Positions 1 through 24,445 of a stretch of 64,000 nt of DNA are shown here, piece by piece (position 1 is the first letter of the stretch; each line of letters opens with the position of its first letter). The notes under the pieces were generated by a model that did no database searches, had not been told where the DNA came from, and saw only the letters and a program-made list of their open reading frames with translations. The DNA is taken from the NCBI RefSeq assembly GCF_009914755.1, contig NC_060929.1; one strand, given 5' to 3'. The position numbers and the translations under genes are program-made. The stretch comes from the human T2T-CHM13v2.0 reference genome, Homo sapiens.

Positions 1-315
<315 letters not shown>

Positions 316-399
316 GCCAAACTGCAACTCTCTGGTCTTCCTGAAATAGTGAATGCTTTCCCTAAATTAGATTTACCTTAGTATGCTTAATAGCTTACA

Positions 400-1160
400 A
401 TGCACCAAATAAAAAGACAAACAATTCAATTTTTAAAAATAGACTAAGGATTTGAACAGGAAGAATTTGAATTTCTCGCAAGATCTACAAATAGCCAATA
501 AGCACTAAAAAAGGTGCTCAACCTCAAATTCAACTCAAAAGCACAATTAGGTACCACTTCATACCCACTAGAATGGCTATAAGACAAAAAGTCAGATAGT
601 AAGTATTGAGGAGGATATAAAGGAACCCTCACGCACTGCTGCTGGGAGTGTAAAATGATACAACTGACTTGGAAAACTGTTTCTTAGTTCACCAAATGAT
701 TAAACAGAAAGTTACCATATGACCCAGCAATTCCACTCTTTGGTCTATCCCCAAGAGAACTGAAAACATATGTTCATGTCAAAACCTGTACGTATGTTTA
801 TATCAGCATGATTCATAATAGACAAAAAGTGGAAACGACCTAAATGGCCACCAACAGATTAATGAATAAATAAAATCTGGTATATCTATACAATGGAATA
901 TTATTCAGCCATAAAAAGAAATGAAGTGCTGACATGTACTACAACGTGTGGACCTCGAGAACATTATGCTAAGTGAAAGAAAACGGACAAAACCCCACGT
1001 ATTATTCCATGTATATGAAATGTCCAGAATGGGCAAATCCACAGAGAAAGAAGGGATGAGAAGTGACTATTAAATGGTACGAGGCCTCTTTGGGTGATGA
1101 CAGAAATGTTCATCTCTAGGCCCCATCTCTAGATAGTGGGATAATTATAAAATCTTGTGA
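400..1160 (+). mobile_element. Old L1 (L1M-type) ORF2 end / 3'UTR fragment
   Basis: accatatgacccagcaattccactc, tacaatggaatattattcagccataaaaagaaatgaa are L1 3' hallmarks. Confidence 0.85.
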
Positions 1161-1163
1161 CTA

Positions 1164-2739
<1,576 letters not shown>

Positions 2740-3249
2740 AATCTTTAGCAGTAATACAAAAGGAGTCTGTTCAAAAGTATATAGCCTAGTGCTACCTGTT
2801 AACCAACTCTAATCTGATTTGATCATATCATAATGAAAATATTTACATTATCCTCAAAACCTATCAGGTCAAGGCATGTCCCAATCCTGACACCCTGTTT
2901 GTATTTACATGGTAGTTCTCAGCTTCATGTTAGCAGTTTCATGAAACAATAAGAACTTTGGCAGAATTAGGTCGAGGTCCTCTTGGTGGGCAGAGTAACA
3001 TCTCCCTGTATTCTATCAGTTCCTTTGACTTGGATAGGACAGATATTAGACAGCTCTTGAGGACTGCATTCCAAAGGTAGCTGCAGAAAATCAACACATT
3101 TCACAGGTGTCTCAGACTGTGCCTCTCTCCCAAATTGTGCCCATTTTCACCAGGGAGAGCTGCAGTTTATCTTATACCATTCATGATTCCACCATGCTTA
3201 GGCAGTTCAGTAATGGGAAAGAAGTATATTTGGGTTCGAGACCAGAAAG

Positions 3250-6026
<2,777 letters not shown>

Positions 6027-6318
6027 TTAAAAAAACACGGTTCCTCATGACGAAACCAGTAGCTTGTTGTGGGCTTACTTTGGTACGGGATTTCTCAAAA
6101 CAGTTGGACACACTACCAAGGCTGATGTCTCTGTTGTGACAATTTCACTCCGGCACAGCATTTGTGGGGCATTCTTTGGAAAGAGATGGGACTGCCAAGG
6201 CTTTTACGAAAAAACCCTGTCTTCCATGAAAATTCTCATATGTGGCAGTGAGCAGATATGTTCACAGAGCATCTGAATTCATGCACAGACAGATGCTCTG
6301 CATAGAAATTGTGACAAA

Positions 6319-6408
6319 GTCTACAGCCATACTACCCTGAACACGCCCGATCTCATCTGATCTCAGAAACTAAGCAGAGTCGGGCCTGGTTAGTACTTGG
6401 ATGGGAGA
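6319..6408 (+). pseudogene. 5S rRNA retropseudogene, 3'-truncated (first ~90 nt)
   Basis: gtctacagccatactaccctgaacacgcccgatctcatctgatctcagaaactaagcagagtcgggcctggttagtacttggatgggaga matches the 5' 90 nt of mammalian 5S with a few substitutions, mostly transitions. Confidence 0.93.
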
Positions 6409-6789
6409 AATTATGAATAAACTTCACAATTGCAGAACATAAAGATCTTTTATTTGCAGGGGTCGGAGATTAAAATTTGAATGTGTGAAACTGCCAATAG
6501 TTTGGTAAATACATCAGCCCACCAGCAGCCTTCAAAGGGAATTGAAACCATTTGTAAAAATCAGTGAGGTGGGCAATGTGTGGGCATGTGGGTTTTCCAT
6601 GGAGGGAATAGATTTATGCTATATGCATAAATCTTTGATAAAAGACTTTAACATCTTTGAAAACTGGTAATATTTTATAGTTACAGCTCATCTCAATTTT
6701 GACTACCCACATTTTAAATGCTCAGTAGCTACACGTGACTAGTGACAACTGTATTAGACAGCACAGCTTCAGAGCATCTTAGCTGTGGG

Positions 6790-7010
6790 AATAATAAAAG
6801 CAGCGCTTAGTGAGAATTGACTTTGGTAGGCATTGTTCTGAGCTCTTTACAGGTATTAACTTATTAATCCTCACAACTCTATGAAGTAGGTATTATCATC
6901 CTGTTTTACAGAGAAGGAAACTGAGTTTCAGAGAGGTGAGCTTATTTGCCCAAAGTCATAGCCAAGGTAGTTTCAGAGCTTGTGCTTTTAACTATTCTTC
7001 TAAACTGCCT
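6790..7010 (+). mobile_element. MIR
   Basis: aatcctcacaactctatgaagtaggtattatcatcctgttttacagagaaggaaactgag core. Confidence 0.8.
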
Positions 7011-8779
7011 GGGGCCTGCCTACTATTTCTTTCTCTAGTGTGGTCTTAATAAGTGGTAATAAACCAAGTGCTACTCTGTTGGGAATACTTTTTATTTTGT
7101 TGGAGAAGGATCTGATAAGGTGGAGTCATGAACTCTTCAGGTCCAGGAAGTACTAAATGTGGGGCATCAACTCAGTAAATCTCCAAGATTCCTTAATCTC
7201 TACAATCCTGTTTCAGCCCTTTACAAATATTTCACAAACTGGCAATGGTCAAGGGCACGAACACAATGAAAACTTGTGATGCTAATCACTTTCTTCTCTA
7301 ATCAGGCAATGATTTGCAAAGTTCACAGCACAATTTTCCTGGAGAATGATGCAATAGAAGCTGAGCATACTAGCCTTTTGACTTCAATAAACTGTGAAAA
7401 CTGTTTGTCCATTTTCTAAAGGTAAAATTGAAACCCATTTTCCTACACTTAGACAAAACTTCAGATTAATTATTCCAAGTAATTTAGCCCTGCTAGTTAA
7501 TATTATCTAATGAGGTAGTTTTTAATGTCAAATATGATATACAGTCGAAATGTTGGATGTTCTCCTGCCTTAGGAATACTCCTACTTTCCTTACCCAAAA
7601 CTGATAGAAGGATGAGATGGAGAAATTTAAGGATGCTATCAAAGAACATGCAGCAAATTATTTGTAGGTCACAAAGGGATTGCAAATTGGTATAGACTTT
7701 TCTTACTCATTTTCTCCAAGCAGAGGTTTGGACAAGGACTTTACATGGTACTTTAACGAGCACCTCTTTTTGACTTGGAGAACTGAGCACATGCATTTAT
7801 CTCTACTTCTTCACACTAACGTTAGAGCAAGTGAACATCAAATATACCCATGAGGACAAAGAATAAGGGAGGAGAGAACAGCAGATGAGTGTGAACAGAG
7901 TTTCAGAAGTTAGAAACTGGCTAGAAGAGTGAGCAGTTAGGAAAAAGTGAAACCTAAACCTGCTGGGGATGGGAATGTCAATGAGAAGCAAATGAGTCAG
8001 GCCTCAGATGCTGGGGAAGCTCAGGATTCATGTACCATGTATCACGCCATGTATCATGGAAAGCAGGGGGCCAGCTGTGACTGTCAGCTGAATCTTTACA
8101 TGGAACAATTGGGCCCCTATGTACACTCTCATCCCAAGCAGCTAGATGACCACCCCTCTCCCAACTACAAGAGACTGGGAGTTGATTCTGTGGGAGAGTT
8201 TTAATCAAAGAGGTTCCAGGCAAATAAACTCCAGGCATGGTGGATGTTGGGGGAAGCGATACAGTATTGGGGAAAAAAGGTGAACTGTTCACTGTGAATG
8301 ATGAGATCTTAGCTTGCATTGCTGGGCTCTAAAGCCCCAGTAGCTAAGTGTGTATCTTTGCCCCATCTTTTTCCCACCAGAAGATTGGATAATTCTTCTG
8401 TGGAGAAACCTGTAGAAATTGATAGGAGCTTCAAACCACAGTGCACTAACACATCTCATCTTCTGACACAGAGCTTCCAATGGCTTTTCTAGGGCCTTAT
8501 AAGTAGACAACAAAAGACTTTTGAAAAAAGCTTCTACCATGAAAGGTAAAGGCCAAAATAAATAAAAATTCAAATGAATAAATGCAAGAAGAAAATTTCA
8601 AAAAAGTTGTAATTAAGAAACACTTCATTTGGATGGAACTATAAAGCCAAAGAATGGGATAAGTTGTATCCTTTCATTTCACTCAATAAACTTATGTTTC
8701 TTCTCTTATTAGAACATTGCCACCCTTTCACTTCAGAGATAAGCCAAATAAGAAAAAGCCATGAAAATAAATTCCAAGT

Positions 8780-10640
<1,861 letters not shown>

Positions 10641-12879
10641 TAGTACAGAAGCCTCAGAGTTTCAAGGGAGAGGTGAAACAATGTAAAATGAAAAAAATAT
10701 TGAACCATTAAGCAAATTCCATCAGGGAATATAAAAACTCTATTGATGTTAGAATCAATATTTCCCTTGGACCAAGTAGGTTTCAATGTCAAAAATTCTA
10801 TTTTATCAATGTCAATATCCTGGTTGTGATATTATGCTATAGTTTTGCAAGACTGAAGGAACTGGATAAGAGATACACAGGATCTCTCTATTATTTCTTA
10901 TTTCATGTAAATTTATAGTTATCTGTTTTAGCATATTATTTGGTATCTAAATTTACTAAATTATTTATATTACTTAGTATGTTATTTTAATATCTCTGCT
11001 AAAATAAAAAGTTTAAACAATTCTAATCAAAGGTAAGATCATTTAGTATTCACCCAGCCTGCTTTTGCAGTGCCACCCCAAAATGTACTCCTCTATAGAA
11101 TGTTCCGCAGAAACGAATGCTCACTGATGGAACTTAGGGTCATAGAGGAAGCCTCCATAGCTGGTAGCTGATATCCTTCTCTGGGAGCTAAAAACATCAG
11201 ACTGTTCTTAACCACACACAGCGCCTGGCCCATAGTCAGTGTTCAATAAATATTTATTCAATGAGCTAATTATTTGAGAAAGCCAAAATGACATCCAGGC
11301 ACAGGTTGTGAACTCTTATAACACTGACTGTTATTCCAGCATGGGAAGATACCAGCATCAAAGACAGGTCTATAAATGACTGTGTACTGTTCACAAAGCC
11401 CCTATTACTCTTAAAGGAGTAAGATTCCCAAAATGTACAGTTGACACTTATCCACTTATGTCTAGTTACTCAATTCTTTGATACACAAAAATTTTTAAAA
11501 ATAAAATTCTTTGATACAAATTGCATTACATACTAAGGTAGGACAAGGAAATACTCTGGTAGGCCATGTTATAAAATCCTGCTCTTTAAATAGATACTGA
11601 AATAGTCCTGGTCTTATTAACAAGCCCTTTCCAAAAATCGACTAGTAAATGTGTGGTTTGGGAAGGACAACTGTATCAGGAAGTAGCTACCCACATGAAG
11701 AGGCCCTATTTGACTTCTCAATGATGGTAAAGGATGAAGTGCCTGCATCTCCTGGTTGTGTTTATATTTTGTTTCTATTTAGAGAACAGTTAATGGGTTA
11801 AGCAGTATATTGTCTATTGTTATCCATTTAGCTAATCTACATACCTAAAATATTTTTGGGTCTTACATCCTCTAAAAGAACATCTTAAAATTTTTAATTC
11901 ACTTCATTTATTACTTTATAAGTTACAATCCTTACAAAGTTAAACATTAAAATTGACTACATAAAAATTTTTTGTTTTTTAAATTTTTATTTTTCATTAA
12001 AATTGACTACATAAAATTTTATATAAACCAAGTTCTTCTGTCTGAACATTTTTCATTCCCTTCTACCCCATGAAAGAGCAATTTTTTTTCCCACAGACTG
12101 TCTAAACTGCACTCTAAACCAAGTCCAGTAGCTGCTGCCCTTGAAGCTGATTAGCAAAACACGAAGTATTCAACATAACACGGGAGCTGATTTAAACTGA
12201 TAAAGGGCAGGAAATTCAGAGCTGAAGGTAAAACCAGCTCCTGACGTACTCCATTGTTTCTTGGCATACTAAGGCACTCATCACATTAAGTGACCTCATA
12301 TCTCATCTGGACTAAATACCAAAGCTGAATGCATCTATTTAAGGCAGATGTAGCTTCATCCTTAAATTTCCAGATTTAAATCACTGTTGTCCTTTCTCAT
12401 TTGTTTTCTAGAGTGGCAGCTTTTATAAGAGTAACTAAAGAAAATAGGTTTCATATGGGAGAGAGAGTTGAGTGATTAGTATACCCTTCTCAATAGTGTG
12501 TAAGAGAAACTTTGAAGTTTAAATTTAAAAGATCTATCAGCCTTGACACATTACAGGAATATTAACACTGTCCTATGAGTGAGACTAGATTTACAAATAA
12601 AGTCTACGAAAAAAAATTAAATGCCAAGCTATCATTACTCACCTGTAGCATCAAAACACTATGCAAAAAAAGTTTAGGTAAGTACATTTTAGAACTTACC
12701 TGTAAGAATGCCCAAAAATTTTTCTGCCCCTGAATTTTGGCATTGACCCTAATACTTAACTTCTATCAAAATTATCCCTTCATTTTCTTTTCCAACTCCC
12801 CTGCTTTCTTCTTTTTAAAATCTTCAGATTTCAGACCACATTCACACTCAAGCACAGAACTAGGTCATGCAAAAAATAA

Positions 12880-18200
<5,321 letters not shown>

Positions 18201-18952
18201 ATAGCACCAAGAAAAGATCATTTACAAGAATAAAAAGTACTTATTACATCTAGGAGTTACTTTTGGTTTATACATCAAGGTTTTAGAAACTCAAACACAA
18301 AATCACGATATCAACCCTACCTCTGTGCCTCCAGGGCTCTCTCAAAATAGATATATTGAAAACCTACATAAAAACCCTAGCATCCACATAAGACCCAGTC
18401 AATAACATAACCAGTCACTACTGCAAGCTTAGTAGGAACAGTTATAAATCTATCTGGAAAAAAACCTGTGGGGGTGGAGTGGAGGGAGCTAAGCAAATCA
18501 GCAAAAACCAAACCAAAACAAAAAACCTTCCCTGGCTGCCTTTCATAAGGTCAGAGGTTTTAAATATATAAAGAAAAAAATACACTTACAAAGTCTTGTA
18601 CGTAGGTTTTCTTGGAAAAACATGCAAGGCAATTTCCTTTACATGAATGGGACAAATGTTATATTGTTCTGTGTGACTCGATTGATTTATATATGCTAGT
18701 TAACAAGGAGAATTAGTATACTGTTCACCAATCACACTAAAGCAACGGAAATGGGTTACACTGCCTGCTCTCTAGTCCTAGTGAGTCTTAACTTCATGAG
18801 AATTTCGGTGACATTAGCCTCCCTTTCACTCTGAAAAAGGATCAAAAGTCGAGCTATGGCCAGCTTTTAGACACTTCTTCTCCCCCACTAAATGATCAGC
18901 TTAAAAGCAATATTTAATAAAACACACACAAAATTTATGCCATTGACAGAAA

Positions 18953-18958
18953 TTTATT
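18953..18958 (-). terminator. GDF9: GDF9 poly(A) signal
   Basis: AATAAA on minus (tttatt on plus) ~385 nt after the stop, followed on minus by GU/U-rich tgtgtgtgtttt. Confidence 0.75.
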
Positions 18959-19341
18959 CTTCTATTAAGACTACAGCAATCTGAATTGCCTATTTATAGC
19001 TGCAAGTCCATCCAGGATTGATGCTAATTAAGGTTTTTTCCCTATCAAGAATAAGACTCCTATGAAAAGAAAAAAAATCACTCAAGGAAAAAAATGTAAA
19101 GTTCTCCACAATAATTATATTTCATTTAAATTTGGAAATAAAAAAAGGCTCTGTAGCAACAATTGATGTTATCCCTTTATCCTGATAGATGCCATAGAAG
19201 GTACTAACCTACACAGGCTCCTCTTTATATAACATATGCTACATTTAGAGACTTAATATATGAAGCTTTCTCTTGAAGGCACACATAGGCACACAGTAGT
19301 TACTTTGCCAAATAGGCTCAAGGTTTTAAGAGGACCATTTG

Positions 19342-20309
19342 TTAACGACAGGTGCACTTTGTAGCTATCATATCTTCGTACTCTTTATAGGCAATTGAGC
19401 CATCGGGCTCAATGGTCAAAACACTCAAGGGGCTGTATTTGGCAGGTACACATGACGGTCTTGGCACTGAGGAGTCCAGCTTCTCATAGATGATGTTCTG
19501 TACCATGGTGTGAACTGGAGAGCCATACCGATGTCCAACTGCCCTTGGACAGTCCCCTTTACAGTATCGAGGGTTGTACCTGTGCGGAGCCACAATCCAG
19601 TTGTCCCACTTCAGCTGACTAAAGCTAAGTCTAAAGTCATGGAGCTCACACTCATTTTGGGGAAGAAGAAATTGTCTGAAGTATTCACTCAGATTGAAGG
19701 AAGCTGGGCCCAAGGGCTTCTTCAATTCAGAACTGACAGTTTCCTGACCTCTGCGGTGACGGTGATGGGAAGATCTCCCATCCTCAGCAGCCTCTTCTCC
19801 CACAGGATAGGCAGACAGACTTCTCTCCTGGTCAGGACCCTGGGAAGGCCTCCTTTTATAGTGAAGGGAATACCAGCTGTGATAAGCCTGAGCACTTGTG
19901 TCATTCAAATATAAGATCAGTGAGGGGGACACCAGAGTCATGTTAAACAAACCATTCTGTGCTGAAGGATGCTCCAGCTGGTCTTTCATGCAAGTAAAAT
20001 TTATAGACATGTGAATACTTCTCTTGTTGGAGGCCACTAAAGGTTGAAGGAGGCTGGTCACATCAATCTGAATCCATTTGTGTTTCTTTCCAAATTCAAA
20101 CTGTGAGTTAAAGGTAAATGAGTATGGAGCTCTGCCGAGAGTCCTGCTAGAAGACTTTGGCTCCTTTATCATTAGATTGCACACACATTTGACAGCAGAG
20201 GAAAAAGAAACTGAGTTGTTGATATTGTACAGCAAGACTGACTTGAGTAAGTGTTCAACAGTAGTAATGCGATCCAGGTTAAATAGCAGTTCCACTGATG
20301 GAAGGATTC
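19342..20309 (-). CDS. GDF9: GDF9 coding exon 2 (968 nt; prodomain, RHRR furin site, TGF-beta cystine-knot mature domain)
   Basis: Acceptor ttcttag|GA at 20310/20309; ILPSVELLFNLDRIT...RHRR|GQETV...CELHDFRLSFSQLKWDNWIVAPHRYNPRYCKGDC...CTCR stop; 397+968=1365 nt = 454 aa. Confidence 0.98.
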
Positions 20310-20580
20310 CTAAGAAGAAAAAAAATCTACCAGTAGTGCTTGAAAATGAGTCAACACAACAGGCAGTCAAGTCAAAGAATTAGTACTTCATAATATGCTT
20401 TCTCCCTTCTCTTTTCCCCACTTTCTCAAGCCTCAAAAAAAAAAATGGGGGTTAATATAGAAAAGGAAGGCAATTGGTATCATTACTAATTCCCAGCAAC
20501 CTTACTGGACATTTTATCTCCAGAAAGTCAGATTTGGTGGTGAATCAAAGTAACAGGGAATCACTACATTCTGAAGTTTC

Positions 20581-21445
<865 letters not shown>

Positions 21446-21890
21446 TGATACTTTGTTCTTGTAAGGGCCAACTGTTCAAAACGGGAACTTTAAGCTTTTC
21501 TCTCACAGAAAGTAACAAACAAGAGAAAAATATCCTATTTAACACATCACACCAATAGCTGTAAGAGATGTTTAAGGTCCATTTCTGGGCCAAAAGCTTG
21601 GTGGAACAGAAAGAGGTGCTAACATTCTCTAGCAGCACTTCCGCTCAGCCTTGAAAGCCATTAAGTCTCTGGTGTTGCTTTAAAATTCCATCATATTAGC
21701 CCACCTTAACCAATGAGAGCGTTAGGAATAAACAATAAGCTCAAGTCCCAGATTTGTTTCAACTGGATATTGAGTTTTATGCAAAATAAAATACAATTCA
21801 AGGAACTAGGCTCAGCTCCTTTCTGTAATTGAAATGCAGAAGTGTCTATCATCTTCCCTCCACCCAGTTAACCAATCTGCTTTCACATAC

Positions 21891-22287
21891 CTGTTACCTG
21901 GTCTCCAGGAGCCTGCTTGTGCCGGGTACAGGGGGTGAAGAGCCGAACAGTGTTGTAGAGGTGACTTCTATTGGATTTAGGAATCCCTTCCTTGGTAGCA
22001 TATGTCTTATAGAGCTTCTTCATGTAGTGCAAAGCTCTGGAGTCTGGCTGCAGCCTAGGTGACCCACCTCGCCCAACAGATAGAACTTTGAAAAGCGCGG
22101 GAAGGAGGCCAGCTCTGTCTCTCTCATCTATATGCTGCAGCAAGGACCAAGGCATAGCCCCAGATTCCAACTCAGCACTAGCAGCAATCTGAGCTTCTCC
22201 CCCAGAAGCCTGAGAACCAAGGCTAATAGGAAAACACAGCCAGGCAAAGCAGCAAAACCAAAGGAGGAATTTGTTGGGACGTGCCAT
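21891..22287 (-). CDS. GDF9: Growth differentiation factor 9, coding exon 1 (397 nt; signal peptide + start of prodomain)
   Basis: ATG at 22287; MARPNKFLLWFCCFAWLCFPISLG...APGDQVTG; donor CAG|gtatgt at 21891/21890; phase 1 joins exon 2 to give GGA. Confidence 0.98.
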
Positions 22288-22359
22288 GGCTTGGGAGAAC
22301 TAGTGAGGAACATATTTCTCCATGCCAGTCCTCTTCCTAAAGGCCAGGAAGAGCCTAGC

Positions 22360-22510
22360 TTGGTCTCTTAAATAAATTTCAGGTGTGTGGGTGGACTACG
22401 GTCACTTCTGTAATCAGGCCTCAAGTATGCCTAGCTGAAGATTTTATCAGCTCTATATCAAGCAGCTGATAACACCTTATTTAGCCAATTTGTTAATTAG
22501 ATACAGATTT
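22360..22510 (-). promoter_or_regulatory. GDF9: GDF9 proximal (oocyte) promoter
   Basis: TATTTAA TATA-like on minus near 22368-22374; E-box CAGCTG at 22463-22468; homeobox TAATTA at 22494-22499. These motif classes (bHLH, NOBOX) are known for mouse Gdf9. Confidence 0.55.
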
Positions 22511-24399
22511 ACTTGGTTATTTAGCTTTCCTCTCTTTTCCCCTGGCATTTACGTAAAACCCGTTACTGTTACACTACCGGACTAACTATGTAGCTGAAAG
22601 TCTAAGATAAATTGAGGAATGATCTTAAATAAAATCTCTCATTTTTTGAGAAATTTGGATTAAGATGTTCGCTAGGTGCTTGCTGAAACTTCTAAGGCAT
22701 GTGGAAAAGCTAACCAATTATTCATGACGATACTCAGATCTGCTGGTATGCAACTTATGGTATTAGGTTTACTCTTCCTCTCAATTTATCCTCACGGCCT
22801 TTTCCACTTCCAGGTGTTTACAATTGTAATTATTCGCTGCATGTTAATTTGCGAATTTACAAATTTGGGTGAGAAAGTCACAATTGGCATAGAAGTTCCA
22901 GAAAGCAGAAAACCATTAGGTCTCTCAGTCCTCCCAGGTGGCTGGGTACAGAATACGTACTTGGAGTACTGGAATTGTATTTGCGATGTTCTTAAAAGAG
23001 GACACCGCCTTTAACCTTGACTTATTTTTAAATGTAACATACTGATGTCCTTACTTTGGTCTGCACACTCATCTATACATATTTTGGTTGAAAGGTTTTG
23101 GGATGTTTGCAGATGCTATAAAATAAATGAACGTTTTATTATTATTCATCCAAATGGTGGTAGAATTTGCCACAATATTTCTGTCCTTACCTGTATTTCT
23201 GTTCTTGCCTTGGAGCTGAGACCAGGCTAGACATTATGGTTTAAAAAAATGAGGCAAAGGAGCACCATGAAAAGCTGAAATGAGGGGATATTCAGCGCCA
23301 CCCCGAAGGAGACTATGCTGGAAGAGTCAGCCTACACTCATAGTGCAAGATACGAAGCCAGTTTGTGCAGTACCTACATGAGAAAACTAAGGTATGTCTG
23401 CAAAATACAAGTTGACTGCCTGCCGAGCCTCCGTGGTCCGTAAGTAGTGTTATAAAACACAGCCAACTGTTGAATGAGAACTTAGTCCTAGATAAAATAT
23501 GGCCAGCAATTCCATTAACAAAACACTGACAAGACACCTCAGGGCGAGCTGTACATTGACAACAGCATCGTCAAGCAGAATGCACTTCAGGGAAAACATA
23601 ATAAGGCCTCTCACCCGACTTTCCTTGCTTCTCACGTGGGGAGAAGAAAGAACTGGGGCATCGTGATTCCCCCCACCCCACGCAAACCATCTGGGGAGGA
23701 CGCTGGCTGCTGTCGAGGCGGCCTCAGCATTCATCAATTGACGATTATTTGATTATTTTTGTGGCTGAAACTGACGAAACGTTTGTATTATCTCTTGGGA
23801 ACGTTAACAGCCTGCCAGGGGACTCTAAAACAGAGACCAAGAGAAGCCTTCGATATGTGTCCCTGATTTTGGTGCTGGGGTCGCTCATGGCCTGAAAATA
23901 ACGAAGCCCCCTTTGAGCTACTGGCCAAGGCCAAATAAAACCTCGTGCTCCTCTGCTGTGGGGCGGCCCGGCCTCGGGGCTCAGAGGCGCTCTGTCTACA
24001 GCTGGGAAGACTCGCAGGCCCCAAGCTCCTGGCCAGCGCTGCCCCGGAGGTCGGCAGGCCCCTTCCTCGTCACCTTTTTGTTCCCTCCCCCGCCTCCCGC
24101 ATTCGGCCGCTTCCTGACTGGGATTCCACAGAAAAGCCGAGGGCTGAGGAGAAGTGTGAGCGCCTCCGCCTGTCCACTGTCCCCCAAAGTCAGTTCAATC
24201 CCCGACGTCCTCCGCTAGGCTCCACCCCACCGGCCCGGGCAGGGCCTCCAAGGCACCTCCCACCTACGGGTCACCCAGTCAGCCCACTTCTTTCTGGGAC
24301 AAAGGCGTCATCCCTTAGAGACAGTAGGAAAATGGTATCTCCCGGAAGTTACCTCACGACCTCCAAGAGCGGCTTCCAACCTTGCCGGAAATGACGAAC

Positions 24400-24445
24400 G
24401 AGTCAACCGGATCGGTGACTGTGGAGGGCGAGCTGAGCCCTGTGC
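24400..24445 (+). other. UQCRQ: UQCRQ non-coding first exon (5' end approximate)
   Basis: Donor TGC|gtgagt at 24445/24446; acceptor ctgcag| at 24622, 13 nt before the ATG. Confidence 0.7.

Noticed and set aside
2866-2877. AGGTCAAGGCAT DR0-like motif
   Set aside because: Isolated and ~19 kb from the GDF9 start; expected by chance.
20310-20370. N-terminal extension MTACCVDSFSSTTGRFFFFL of the GDF9 exon-2 ORF
   Set aside because: Intron polypyrimidine tract upstream of the acceptor at 20309.
19510-20383. Plus-strand ORFs antisense to GDF9 exon 2
   Set aside because: Shadow frames of real coding sequence; no independent signals.
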